A DNA stretch of 64,000 nt. It comes from Amphiscolops sp. MND2022 (taxonomy: Eukaryota). Both the position numbers and the translations under genes were made by a program. Position 1 is the stretch's first letter. Every line of letters starts with the position of its first letter. The stretch spans positions 12,216,001 through 12,280,000 of the forward strand of contig OZ076409.1 of the NCBI GenBank assembly GCA_964187785.1, read 5' to 3'. This document shows, one piece after another, positions 1 through 12,472 of the stretch. The notes beneath the pieces are model-generated. The model worked only from the letters and a program-made list of their open reading frames with translations, did not search any database and was not told the origin of the DNA.

Positions 1-203
1 TTGACCTTCCTTATGCAATTTTTGGAATTGTTTCGGAACTTGTGTTGGTAAAAAATGTTCTCCAATTTCAACGAAACAACTAGCTATCCGGCATGCTTTT
101 CAAAACATTTTTCCTGAAAAACTTTCCTAAAAACCTTGAAATATTTTTTGTACATTTTTGATGTTTTCGAACAACTGAAACATACTTTTAATATACATAT
201 TTG

Positions 204-684
204 TTATTTTCCGCCCATATTTCATATGGGAAAGGAAAATATTTAAATCAAACGGGTTTTTTTTTTTTTACAAAATTTGCCAAGATTTTATTTATATTTA
301 AATTTAAGGGTGTTACCCATAGAATTCAACCCACATAAATTTAGCTTCGTGCGATATGTATTTGTAGAGATTTTTGAAGTTTTTTTAAAAAATGACGAAA
401 ATGACGAAAATGACCCCTTAATGACAAAATGACCCCTTAATGACAAAATGACCCCGAAAATGACAAAAATTCCCAAATTTCTCATTTTTAAACATTTTTA
501 TGCAATTTTTGCCATTTTTTGAGACACCGCGAATTAGAAAAATGGACAAGATGAATCGAAGCTTTCTTTTCTTCGAACTTCTCAGCGTTTTTATAGTGCA
601 TTAGTTATTCTTGAGCCTCAAATTTATGTAGTTGTAGAACAGTTCGGGGCGGAAAATATCCCGCTCCTCAGCGGGCGTCTTGTT
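204..684 (+). mobile_element. HINE family 2; other copies at 15479-16007(+) and 40673-41041(-), partial copies near 1790, 12136 and 20683
   Basis: subTIR TTTTCCGCCC/GGGCGGAAAA, 3' hairpin CCCGCT-CCTC-AGCGGG then TCTTGTT; internal AATGAC-based minisatellite. Confidence 0.7.
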
Positions 685-2155
685 ATAATTTTAATGGAAG
701 CCTCAAAGTTTCTGAAAAGCTAAAAACACACAAAAAAACGGATTTTTTGAATAATTTCATGCGGATTCCGTACACTTTTGGATTGTTGGCGTGGGTAGGA
801 ATATCCAGAGCTCAACAACAGAACATTCAGCCACTCAGTTTTTTTTGTATAAGAACATGATGTTTTGTCCTGGAAGGGCTGTATTTGTTTTTGCAAAATT
901 TGTAGTTTTTTGGTTTTGAGTTGCTGCAAAGTTCAGTCACAGAGATGATATTTCAACATATACATATGCTACGAGCCTAACTTATGGTTGAATTCGGTTA
1001 AGGAATCTCCAAAATTTGAGATTAAAACTGGAGCATGGTAAATCTCATTTAGGAATACGCTAAGTACCGAATTGTTTTGTTGTTGAACTAAGTGAATACC
1101 AGTACCTAACCTACCAAAGTTGTATAGTATAAGTTTATAGTCACAAAAAGTCACTAAAAACTTCGAAAATTGGAAAAATTTGATATTTTCCACTCCTTTG
1201 GGTCGTTTTGACGCGCTCTTCAAAAAAGAATCTGCACATTTAGGTTCCGAAACGCCTACTGGATACCAGATTCAATCGATGGTGAATAATTACATCATTC
1301 TAACACACAAAACAGATCAAAAATTTTACAAAAAAAATCATTCAAAAAATTGCATGAAAACGTCAAACACTTTAGGGGTATTTCTGCGTATTTTTCTACC
1401 TGCAAAACTGTCCTTTGAAACGCGTACTGCTTAGGTAGTTATTTCAACTGGAGCGTAATGAAAAAAAAAATTTGAAACAAAAAATGTCAAAAAAATAAGA
1501 ATTGTACGAGTTCAAGCAAGTATGTCCCTTGTTGAATGTTTTTAACATTCTAAGCCCCCAATACTATCAAAAATTTAACCAAAATTGCATAAAAACGCTA
1601 AAAATTGAAAGTTTGTCACTTTTGGGTTATTCTAGGATCTTTGGGAGTCAACCAAAACAGTCTAAAAATCTGTACAAATACATATCGCATGAAACTAAAT
1701 TACATCAGTTGAATCCATGGGTGTAATTATTCATCTTAGATACAAATTTGGAACATAAATTATTTTGTAAAAAAAGCGTTTGATTTAAATATTTTCCTTT
1801 CCCATATGGAATATGGGCGGAAAATAATGAAATAAAAAGCTAACTTAACTTGGTACTTTTGTTATCACACCGGAAACATGAGAGTAGAAAATAATTATGC
1901 TTCAGTTTTATGGTTTCTTGAGGAAATAGAAGCAGGAACATTTTCGTTCTTTGAAGCAAAAAATCCTTTTAAGACCAAATGCCCCCTCTGATTCTTTTGG
2001 TACAGTGAAATTGAGAATTTATTCAGCAGAGAATCCGTGACGCTTTGAAGTACTTTTACTCTTCCATTGGCAAAACGAAATCGCAAAAATGGACTTCCTT
2101 CATTCAGTTCAATAGAAAAACCCGACATTTTTTGGTTCTCGCATATTTCCAAAAC

Positions 2156-2513
2156 GGTGTCCGGACATTACGCCCAAAGCGGACATTACGCCCAAATGTA
2201 AATTACGCACAAGAAAATTACGATAATGGAATCAGCTATGCTCACATACCCCTAGTGCCCTAAATGCAGGAGCGAAGCGAAGCGGAGCGACGTGCCAATA
2301 TGGCCATGCCTCAATGTTGCTACTTGGCGAAGGGAGCGAAGCGACCGAGCCATACAACAAACATGCTAACCTCTTCAAATAATAACCTGAAAAAAATCGC
2401 TGCTATTCTCTTTGAATAGCCTAATTTCCTTGGGCGTAATTTCCGTTTGGGCGTAATTTCCTTGGGCGTAATGTCCTTGGGCGTAATGTCTTTGGGCGTT
2501 ATGTCCTAGAACC
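2156..2513. mobile_element. MULE-like MITE with repetitive TIRs
   Basis: Exact 9-bp TSD TTCCAAAAC (2147-2155 and 2514-2522); arms built of ATTACGCCCAA/TTGGGCGTAAT repeats. Confidence 0.85.
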
Positions 2514-3317
2514 TTCCAAAACACATCTGATTTCTCTATGCAAGAGTATGCTCCAAAGCTAATGGTCGAACTCTGGTTATTCAAACCCACCGAATCATTC
2601 AGTTTGTACCAAAATTGTATGAATGATGAAAAAATTGAACAAATTTGGAACCTTTTCAGAAGAAACAGCTAATGTTTTCATAAATAAGTGTCCTTAGTAG
2701 CTATTTATTTGTCGTTGAACTATGTCGATATTCATATCAACAGAAGTATTCAGAAATGCTACCAAATATGCCTGAAAAGGCTCAAAATTGGGGAAAAAAC
2801 GTTTTTAGTTCTTTTGGGATTTTTTTGAAGAAACTTCCCATTTCGTTCTTCAAATAGCTAAATATTTTGTAGTTGAACTCACTCAGTGGTTACATCCATA
2901 CTCAGCAGAAAGAATAATACCAAAGTTGCATAAAGCTCTAAATTTGAAAAAACTTCGGCATTATGACATTTATTTTGTTCAACTGTGAGGATGTTCAAAA
3001 ATTATACCAAAACTGTGCTAAAAGAGTCGAAATTTGGGTCAAATTGAAAAAAAATTGGGTCAATGTTTTTGAAAAATATCTCTTAACATTATACATCTAT
3101 GATGAAAATTCTTCATACGAATCTCGGTGTCAATTTCGCCCTACATCAGTGGTAGCTATCGTCATCATCAGTTCACTCCTAGCTTGAAACATTTGAAAAG
3201 ACTCATGTAGGAACAATTAAATTTACCAAATTAAATAAAAGCGGCTAAAGGCAACAATAGAAAACAATTTCCGGTAACAAGATATTATATACTTTACGAG
3301 GAGTAACTTGGGTCTGA

Positions 3318-6299
3318 TTACTGGTTAGCGAACATATCTGAGTCAATCAGCATCTGCATGATTCTTACTGTTGCATTTGGCGATAGAGGTACATCTGAAG
3401 GATTCACGACTGGGTCATTTGGATCAGTTGAGCGAATAATCAACGGATCTGTTGATTCATCCAAAACTGGAGTTCCAGGTCTGGATGTCTCTTCCGAGCT
3501 CTTCCTTTCCGTTCTTTCATCGAAATTGCCCCCGGCATCCTCCACTTGGAACACCTCATCATTGACAGGTCCAGGAGACGACTGGAGTCTTCGGTGGGAA
3601 CTTTCAGCAAAGTTCACAGCACTAGTAGAAGCGTAACCAGCGGGAGTGTGACCAACTTTAGTCCTATTTTCCTGCCTGTACTGCTGGAGATCCTTTTTCC
3701 GCTTAGGCTGAGTTGATTGAGAGGGTATATGGTACATGTCCGAAGGACTCTTCGGGTGCATTCTCTTCCTTTCGTGGTCATGTTCTGGGGGCTCATGTGA
3801 GGGGGCACGGCGAACCCCTTCTCGAGACGCACGACCCGGTGGTATCATGACAATCGGGGGAGGAATTCCTCCGGTTGACGATGGCTTGGAATGCGGCGGG
3901 TCCTTTCCAGGTATTATTGTTGATTTGGCAACTTTGGGTTTCGGAGCTTTATCAAAAGCTAGTAGCCCAGGTGGCGGTGAGGGTGGCTTATCGTAATCGA
4001 AATCTTCGTAGTTGAAGCCTGTCGGCGGCGGAGGCAAATTTGCAGGAAGACTCGTGATGGGAACGGCATTTCCACTATTTGAGCTCTGCCTCTTCTTATT
4101 TGCGACATCGACTTTGTAATTACTCGTAGGATCATATTCATCATCGTCGTCAATTTTTGATATCGGCCCGATGTCATCAACTAAAGCGCCACCTAATTCC
4201 ATCAATTGACCCAATTTTTCCTTGAACTTTTCACCACCAACAAGAGGTGTAATTTTGACAGGTGATGTAAAAGTTGGACTTTTGTGTCGGAAATCAGATG
4301 TAGGAGGAAGTGGTGGTCCAACTTTGGCAGGTGGAAAGTCCTGTGGATTTTTCACTTTCATAAATTCTCGTGCCGGTGGAAACTGGTGAACAGGTTTCTT
4401 GGGCTCATTCGTTCCAAAGATCCTGCGGTTTCCACTTTCTTTGGGTTTCGCAGCAGAAACACTCTCTTTCGGTTTCGGATCTTCAGAGCGAGCTCCACCG
4501 TATTCCTTGATCAGTTCTTGCTTTGACAAGGGCACCTCCTTTTGAGCCGGTTTTTTTGTCTTCGGAATTTTGAAATGTTGCACTGAGGGTCGTTTCGTAG
4601 ACAAGTTTTCTTCAGAAACGTCGACAGCTCCTTTCGGTTTCGCGTCTTTCTGAGCAACTTCAGCTTTTTGTTCAGTTTTCTTGGCGAGTTCATTGCTTTC
4701 AACTTCAAGAGGCGGAATTTTAGACCTAGGCATGTAAGAACTACTTTCCACTTTTTTGAATGTTTTTTCATACTCAGGACCAACTTTCTTCTCACTTTCA
4801 GACTTCGATTGGGGAACGCTTTTCTTAGATGATTTCACACTCTTCGAAGCTCCAGTAGAACTTGCACCTAGCCCACCACCGCCAATGTCACCAAATAAAT
4901 CATCAATGAGCTGTACTTTTGACATTTTGCTTTGTTTTGATGTCAAACCCTGTGACCCATTGGTGGTAGAACTATCTGGTTTTGCAGATTTTTCATTATC
5001 CGGAACTTTTGGAACCTTATCGATGGCTTTGAATTTCTTTTCCACTTCATTTTCATTAACTCGTTTCCCACTTTGAGAAGATTCGACATCTTTAGATTCC
5101 TTGGAACCTCGAGATGGCTCTTCCAATGGAAGCGTAAGTTTCTTATCTTTAGCTAATGTCTCTGGTTGACTGGAGGAATCCGAAGTTCTCCTCTGTTGAT
5201 TAGCCTCATTTTGCACCCTTCCTCTTTTTTCATCAAAAGCAGGTTGTTTGACTTCAGGTACTTTCGCTGTAAGCTTGTCCATAACAGCCGGAACTACGTT
5301 TTGTATCAAATCTGCTTTCATATTGTGTGATTCATCGTTGTCAAAATCAGGAGCGACGATTGATACTTTCCTAATTTTACTGCTGTCTTCAACTTGCTTT
5401 GGAGGAGCATCTTGTGTTTTTTCATTTGAAAAAGCTGGTACTTTCGCTGGGCCTGTGCTGATTTGTTCTAGTTTGCGTTTCTTCTTCTTTTCTACTTCCT
5501 CAACTTTATCTTTCAAAAGAAGGGAAGCCGTCGGTTTTTCAGGTTTCTTTATAGGCACAAAAAGTTCCAAAGGATCTCTACTTCCAATCGTGGCAGAGAT
5601 CTTTCCGTCACGTTGCTCATCAACAGGCCTCTCATGCGGTTTGTTTACTTTTGAAAGAACTTGACTGGTAGATTTCATTTCCTTCTCAGCTGCAACAGAC
5701 TTAATTTCTTTGGATTGAGGAGGTCGTGCAGTGGTATCGCCCACAGTCTCCAAACGGATTAACAGATCTTTGAATTTATCAGCCGAAATTTCGGATACCT
5801 TTGGTTCAGGTTGAGGCACAGGCGCTGGTTTCTTACGAATGGGCACCCGAACTACAATCGCCTCTCCTTCCGGTGATATTTTGGTTATTTCGCGGTACTG
5901 TACAACTTCTTCTACATTCTCGGAGTTTTTGTCAGAAGCTGGAACAGACTTTTCGGGCTCTTTTGCTTTTTTTTCTGAGGGCTGAAGTACTTCAAGTTTT
6001 TCATTCTGAGTTTTTAATGACTTGTCTTCTTCAACCAATTGTTCAGGTTTCTCATTTAATGCTTCTCTGGAATCAGCAAGAATTGCAACGCTCCTTACTT
6101 CGTCCTCTGGAGTGAGATCTTTTTCTGTACTCGAAGAAGACTGTTGTTCGGAAGCGTCACAAGAAAAATTAACTCTTAACTTTGTTGCCCATTTGGCGAT
6201 GAACTCTTGGGGAGACGATTTGGGCAATTTCGAAAGATTCGCCTGTGATGATTCTTCCTCAACAGGGGGTAGAGATAGCTCTGGCCCAGTATCCACGAA
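3318..6299 (-). CDS. PHF14: Large (probably terminal) exon of the PHF14-like gene, ~990 aa Lys/Glu/Ser/Pro-rich disordered region
   Basis: ~3 kb stop-free ORF without its own ATG start; TTTCAG| acceptor phase 0 matches exon 13; stop TAA at 3318-3320. Confidence 0.75.
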   Translation of the reverse strand, partial: FVDTGPELSLPPVEEESSQANLSKLPKSSPQEFIAKWATKLRVNFSCDASEQQSSSSTEKDLTPEDEVRSVAILADSREALNEKPEQLVEEDKSLKTQNEKLEVLQPSEKKAKEPEKSVPASDKNSENVEEVVQYREITKISPEGEAIVVRVPIRKKPAPVPQPEPKVSEISADKFKDLLIRLETVGDTTARPPQSKEIKSVAAEKEMKSTSQVLSKVNKPHERPVDEQRDGKISATIGSRDPLELFVPIKKPEKPTASLLLKDKVEEVEKKKKRKLEQISTGPAKVPAFSNEKTQDAPPKQVEDSSKIRKVSIVAPDFDNDESHNMKADLIQNVVPAVMDKLTAKVPEVKQPAFDEKRGRVQNEANQQRRTSDSSSQPETLAKDKKLTLPLEEPSRGSKESKDVESSQSGKRVNENEVEKKFKAIDKVPKVPDNEKSAKPDSSTTNGSQGLTSKQSKMSKVQLIDDLFGDIGGGGLGASSTGASKSVKSSKKSVPQSKSESEKKVGPEYEKTFKKVESSSYMPRSKIPPLEVESNELAKKTEQKAEVAQKDAKPKGAVDVSEENLSTKRPSVQHFKIPKTKKPAQKEVPLSKQELIKEYGGARSEDPKPKESVSAAKPKESGNRRIFGTNEPKKPVHQFPPAREFMKVKNPQDFPPAKVGPPLPPTSDFRHKSPTFTSPVKITPLVGGEKFKEKLGQLMELGGALVDDIGPISKIDDDDEYDPTSNYKVDVANKKRQSSNSGNAVPITSLPANLPPPPTGFNYEDFDYDKPPSPPPGLLAFDKAPKPKVAKSTIIPGKDPPHSKPSSTGGIPPPIVMIPPGRASREGVRRAPSHEPPEHDHERKRMHPKSPSDMYHIPSQSTQPKRKKDLQQYRQENRTKVGHTPAGYASTSAVNFAESSHRRLQSSPGPVNDEVFQVEDAGGNFDERTERKSSEETSRPGTPVLDESTDPLIIRSTDPNDPVVNPSDVPLSPNATVRIMQMLIDSDMFANQ

Positions 6300-6580
6300 C
6301 TGAAATGAAATCAATTTGGTATTTAACTTTTCAAAACCTTCAAGCCGACACGCCAATTTTTTAAATGAAAAGTCCTGCTTTTACCGACACTTTTTCGTCG
6401 GTGAATTTTGTCAAAAAAGTGCCCGACTATTACAGTGACTAGTTTTTTTTTTCGCAAGATGACAATGTACCTGAATGGTCAATTTTTTACAGACTTTTCA
6501 CAGCCAAAAATATAAAAAAAATCGCCTTCATTTTTTTACATTTTTGTGAAATTAGGAAGCTATATATGAACAAAGGGTTC

Positions 6581-7132
6581 TTTTTAGTCGGCGTTTTCGA
6601 AGAAAATCCCGACTCTTACAGTGGCTAGTTTTTTTAGTCGGCGTTTTCGAAGAAAATCCCGACTCTTGCAGTGGCTAGTTTTTTTTCGTCAGTTCAACGC
6701 GATCGGTCCACTTTTTGTGCATTAATGCACTTTTACCAACTTTTACCATATGTACTTAGTACTTCATTTTCAACGCATCCAAAGCCTCTAACATGAGATA
6801 AAAAGCCATTCCAAAGCAGAAGGGTCCACTTTTTTCGACACTATGAGACTTTCCCCCTTTTTTCGGCACTGTGAGACTGTTCAAATTTCTCATTTTTTTC
6901 CGAAATTTTTTTATTGTTCCCCCATCAATTTTGATATTTTGGAACAGAATGGATGTTCAAAAAATCCCAAAGGGTCCCCCCTTTCACATTTTTCGGCACT
7001 ATGCGACCTACCGGAAACTTTTTCTCAATTTTAAGTTTTTTGAGAGCTTTTGTCTCTAGTTGTAGAAAAAGTGGTTTTCGAGTCTTTTTGAGCCTTAGAT
7101 ATGGCGCCGACTTGGGCCGTTCCCGGCTTGTT
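6581..7132 (+). mobile_element. Non-autonomous Helentron (HINE/DINE-1-like) family 1; other copies at about 17754-18453(+), 19082-19582(-), 28163-28618(-), 34597-35061(+), plus many fragments
   Basis: 5' TTTTTAGTCGGCG subTIR, 3' GCGCCGACT subTIR followed by hairpin GCCG-TTCC-CGGC and TTGTT; T-rich insertion sites; 5' end tandemly duplicated in this copy. Confidence 0.75.
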
Positions 7133-7330
7133 TAAAATTTATTTGGCACTGCGCGACTTTTCGAAAAAAAAACAAAATTTGGTTTTTCTTTGACTTCAGA
7201 GAATAGCGATATTCCGAGCACAAAAGGCTTCCTTTGGGTATTTTTTGGGGGGAAAAGACGTTTAGGAGGAATGTGTTAGGACACTTAGATTAAAAAATTA
7301 ACGATTGCTTAACAAAATACGCGCACTTAC

Positions 7331-7826
7331 TTGCTGACTCTCGCCTTGCTCCTGCTGTACAATTTGCTCCTCTTTACTGACTTTGTCATACTTAGACGCC
7401 GATTGGTCGCCAACTTTGCGCTTTTTATCGGATCCCCCAAACCCAATGGTGTCGTCGGAGGAGTTACTCCTGGTTTTCACCCCTGGCTCCTCATAAACAA
7501 TGCTGTCAGCTTTGATACTCTCACTATCCGATGAAGAGGAACTACTAGAGGAGTGAGAACCATGATAATCTTTTTCGGCTGAAGTAGTGACTGATCCTCG
7601 CTGCTCGTCAGTAGCTGGTTGCAGGTCCTGGGTTTGCGACTGGGGTTGCTGAGTTGCATGTGGTAGCGAAATGACAACATTTGTATCAGCGCTTTCTTCT
7701 CTGGTAACCTCGTTGACAACAAAATCAGAAGATGCATGCTGCTCTACGGTCTCAAATGTATTATCCGTAGACGACGATGAAACACTGGAACTTTCGGCAT
7801 TTTCCTGTCGGGAATCTGGTTCCGTT
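7331..7826 (-). CDS. PHF14: PHF14-like exon 13 (Ser/Glu-rich low complexity)
   Basis: TTTTAG| acceptor phase 2, stop-free frame, CAA|GTAAGT donor phase 0. Confidence 0.75.
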
Positions 7827-8989
7827 CTAAAAACAAAGTTAGATAGATTTCAACTATTTCACGACTACTTTTTCTAAAATCAGTAAAACAGGCCATTGCG
7901 TGATCCATTCATTAGAGATATTGGGATCACGCGGGATAATCGCCACTCCAGCAGCGGTTGCGATTGGAAAAATATTCAGCCTCGAAATGGGTGGGCGAGG
8001 CAACGTTTCAGTTTCATTAGTTTGGTATTGGATGCATTGGTAATAATTTAACATTGGTATAGTATTGAACTAAAATCCATGTAGTGAAAAAACATTCGAT
8101 CAGATGTTAAAATATAAAAGGATCAATCATCAAGTAAGAACTAAATGTCACTCAGTGAGACACTTCTTCGGTTGTTTTTCAACGAGCTTCTATGACCAGC
8201 GACCGGTGTAACATTCCTGAAGTTCGATACGGAAAAATAGACGTAACTTCGAGAGGATGCAACGACTTCTGAAAAAGCACCCAAGCAAAATATTGGGTCA
8301 CAGGAAATTTCATCAAATGCAATTTAGACCATTGCCATTTCATCCACTGACAATTTCAACCTATTGCATTTTGAACCTACTGCAATTTCGACCAAAACTG
8401 ATCTTGACAATTTGATCCTAATTCGCCGAACTCGTTGGACAACTATTTCAGGTACTAGTTTTCATCTTTATTCATTTCTAAAAGCAAATATGCCCAATTT
8501 TACGCTAGTTTTGATACGGCTTCTTCGTGATTTAGCATAATTAGTTAGACCTGTTTGGTTCATCATTATCTATAGTAGAAATTTACCTCACACAAATCAA
8601 GATCAATTAGCCTAAATTAATTTTGTTGAAACTGTGATAGGTTGAACATGCAATAAGTTGAAATCACATATGTCGAAGCTGCAAAAGATGAAATGTCTTG
8701 ACACTCAGTACGGTTACCAGTCAAATGCGCTCCAGTCAAAAGCCACTGGTGGTTTGCTGACTCTTTTCCACCAAGTTCGTAGCTTCAATTGCATAATTAT
8801 CAGTTTTTGTTTTTAAAATGATGCAGTAACAAATTTCATTTAAAAATTTATGTATTTTGTTCACAAATTTCTAAATCAGCAAAATGGCACGTTTTCCATT
8901 GTAGGTGTGAAAATGCTACAATTGGTAAAATTATACTAAATTTTAAAAAACATTGAATTCCCTTCAAATAATATATAAAACAAAATACT

Positions 8990-11550
8990 CTATTTAAAGG
9001 GCAGTGTAGATAAAAATAGTGTTATGCATTGTCCTAATATTAATAAAATGACAAACAGATTAAAATAAAGAACAGTGTTAATTGAAACGGTAATCTCTCC
9101 AACATTTTTTCTATGTTCTGGATTTTCAAGTCCGAAAGCAATTCTTCTGTAATGATGTCTAAGGTTCATTTTCATTGAAATAAACGGGAGGTTTGGATTC
9201 AAAAGCTTCGAAGGAATTTTGTTCCAGAGTGGAAAAACTAGATTGAAAAAGCTATTTCGAAGGTAGTCACTATTAGTTTTTGTTTTGTTCATTAACGTTT
9301 CGCTCGGAAGAAGGTATTTGAAATTGGCGTTCGGTAGTTTCAGCCAGGTCTTGAATGCTGGTAACAGACTGTTTTGGTATTTTCAAAAGTATGTAACAGA
9401 CCTATATTCAAGAATTAATTTGACAGGAAAAAAATAATGTGTTTGATTTTGAGGTCACTCGAAGAGTCAAATTTGTTGCGGTTGAAACAAGCTTTCACAG
9501 CCCAACTCAGTTGTTTTTCGAGTGGGGTAATTAGATTTTGTGATATTCCATTCAACAGGATAGCTGGATGTGGTATTTAACTCAAGACTAGGGCATTCAA
9601 TAGTTTTAGACAAAATTCTTGGGGTAGAAAAAAAAATGTATAGTGTTTTAATTCCACAAGCCATTTTTTCAGAACATTTTTGATTTCTGCTTCGAAGGTA
9701 AGACTTTGATCAAAATGTAATCCCAGCTATTTCACGCATGAGGAAGGCTCTATAAGATGATCGTCAACTCGTAGTGTAAGCGTTTTCGTTAGAGGATTTA
9801 GCCTTTTTACAAAAAATTCTGAAATCCGTCTTTGTCTTATTCAGATTCAATCGGTGACATTGAAAGAAGTGAACCATTTTGAGATGTTGAGTTCTAGATG
9901 ACGACTGGCTTCTTCAATATTTTCATTAGCTATGAAAAGGAAAGTATCATCAGCATACTGGACAAGTTCACATGGTTTAATGATGGTATTTATCATACTG
10001 TTCACAAAGAGTGAAAAGCAGCGGTCCGAGGATTGTTCCTTGGGGCACACCTTGATAAAGGTGAATCCAATCAGAAGACATTTTGGAGAAATACTTTTGA
10101 GATCGGTTTTTCAAATAACTTTCTATCAAATTAATAGCACTCGTATCGGAATTGAACGACTTCAGTTTTGCTAATAGTAGGTTATGTGATATTGAGTAAA
10201 ACGCTTTTGAGAGGTCTAATAGGGCCGATGCCACCATTTTTTGTTATCAAGACTAGTCTTATTTTTTTAGTTGCATAGAGGAGAGCATCTGTTGTAGAAA
10301 ATCCACGACGAAATCCAAACTGTAATGGACTGAGATGGTGTTTCTCGAGGTAATCATCAATTTGATCTTTTATTATAACTTTTACAAAAGTTTTTGATAA
10401 CACAGAAGTTTTTGACATCGGTCTATAGTCACTTGGGTCTTCAGTGTCTCCATTCTTATAAATTGGAATAATATGTGCACGCTTTACATGACTCGGAAAT
10501 TTTTCAGCAGCTAGAAAAGCATTGATCAAAAATGTCAGTGGTTCAGCAATAATGTTTAAACAATCCTTTAAGGCCCAAGCTGGCACATCACAAGGACCCA
10601 AGGGCTTTCGGCAGTTTAACTGTTTCAAAAATGTTTTACATTTAAATAAACTTATGGGTTGGAATCTGAAAGTTTTTATATTTGTAAAATCTTGATCATC
10701 AAGGAAGTCTGCGAAGTTTTTACTATCACCTAAATAACCACCCAGCTTTGAGAATCTCTAGTTGAGTAGCTTGGCATTTTTTGGGCTCAGAAACACAATC
10801 TCCAAAAGCATTTTTCAGCGACGGAATCACAGTACAAGTTCGACGAGACTTTCTTGCTTCGCTGATAAAGTTCCATTTTTCTCCTTTCACTATTTAGATT
10901 CCCGGAATTTAGAATGTTTCGTTTATTGCGATCATTTATGTTTTCAATTAATTCTTTTTGTATATCGTGGTACTACCACGGTATACAAGAAGAATTAATT
11001 GAAAACATAAATGATCGCAATAAACGATACATTCTAATCTTCGGGTATTTGGTGTCATTTGGTTGCATTTGATCAGATAGGTTATTGTAAAAACGTTTAG
11101 TCTGAGATGAAATCCATTTTTGGTTAATAGTTATGTCACTTTTATCACTGCGTATAAACACTTTTTTATTGATCGACTTTCTGAGAGAGTTTTCCAAAAC
11201 TGTCAATAAAAAACAGAACATACCTTCAGGACAGTTCTGTGCGTAAAAATAACTCCAATCACTGGTTGCCACTAATGACTTGAAGTAGTCTTTCTGATAT
11301 GTTCGTTTATCGAACATTTCTTCCTGAACAACTTTTTTGAATGATGATTCATTCACGATATTGCTCACTTCAGATGTAGCTAGATGATCAATCGGTTCAT
11401 TTTTGATGTTCTCATTGGTGTATCGGAGACAAACGATGTAAAAGAGACAACGTCAAAATGATCTAATATGAGGTAATCAATCAAAGATCGTGATTGACCC
11501 TTTATTCTAGTCGGCTCTTTTGTATTAATCACTGTCAACCCATAAGGAAT
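8990..11550 (-). mobile_element. Decayed CR1/L2-type LINE ORF2 fragment in a PHF14 intron
   Basis: End of APE domain (PTRI..SLIDY), RT motifs PIYKNG..DYRPMS, QFGFRRG.ST, LDLSKAF, GVPQGTILGPLLF, QYADDT; C-terminal SFFN...LWN. Confidence 0.9.
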
Positions 11551-12034
11551 GCCTTAATTCCATTAGTTCCAGGCAAAAATAACTCAGCCATGGAGAAGCA
11601 TTTCTGATAGAGGCGCTTCTGACTGTATAAATGGGCGCTTGTGTCTGTACAAACTTAGAATAGGATATTTCAGGAATTATCAACTTGAAGGCGTCCTACT
11701 TAAGGCGTAGAAGTTTCAAAATCTGAAAATTCTCGTCATGTGCGCTAGACAAATGAAAATTCTACACATTTCCGACCTAAATGATGGTATTCATGAAGTG
11801 TGATAATGAAAAAGCACCATACAGTTTGAGATTGTTAGCATCAATTGAGGAAAATCCTCATTCAAAATCGAACACCACTTTTCTCAAATGTGTCAAAAAG
11901 TTTAAAACCAAATTTCAGAAAAAAAGAGAAGTTAATAAAAGAAAATACCCAACATTTAAGGGAACAGTGAGACGAAATTAGAAACCAGTAAGGTTACAAA
12001 TCCAACTTGCCAAAAACTGTTGTTTGCTACTGAC

Positions 12035-12085
12035 CCGGGAAATTCATCTGTAGTGCTACTACCACTACTACAGCTCGAGACGCTG
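12035..12085 (-). CDS. PHF14: Possible symmetric 51-nt exon 12 (SVSSCSSGSSTTDEFP)
   Basis: TCACAG| acceptor, GG|GTCAGT donor, phase 2-2; frame is also kept if it is skipped, so it is optional. Confidence 0.45.
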
Positions 12086-12472
12086 CTGTGAATGACAAAA
12101 ACTTCAATGATAAAAAACATCTTAATTTTTTTAAACAACAAGACTCCACTGAGCACCGGGATTTTTCCCGTCCGGAAGTTTTCAAGCTACAACATATTTT
12201 CAAGGCTGGTACAATAAAAATAACTGTACAAAACCTACATAGAATAAGAAAAAATGAATTAAAAACACCATTTCTGGAACCTCAAAAAGTCTCCATAAAT
12301 CTCGGATAAGTGCATATTTTTCAATGAATTCTGTGGACGAAACTATATTTGGAGTATGAAGTTAAACTATGGCAACATTTGTAAAAAAAACATTGGTTGA
12401 GAGATTGGTTTTCCTTTCCCATATATAAAAAAGGAGAGTAATGCAATGATTTTTCATCAATATCTTCCTCAC

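Noticed and set aside
3128..3180. Possible extra terminal PHF14 exon (QSELMMTIATTDVGRN*) via CA|GTAATC
   Set aside because: Phase-compatible but with weak splice sites, and the large exon already has an in-frame stop; unsupported without cDNA
8294..8706. MITE-like element with repetitive inverted arms
   Set aside because: Termini are degenerate and there is no TSD; too decayed to classify
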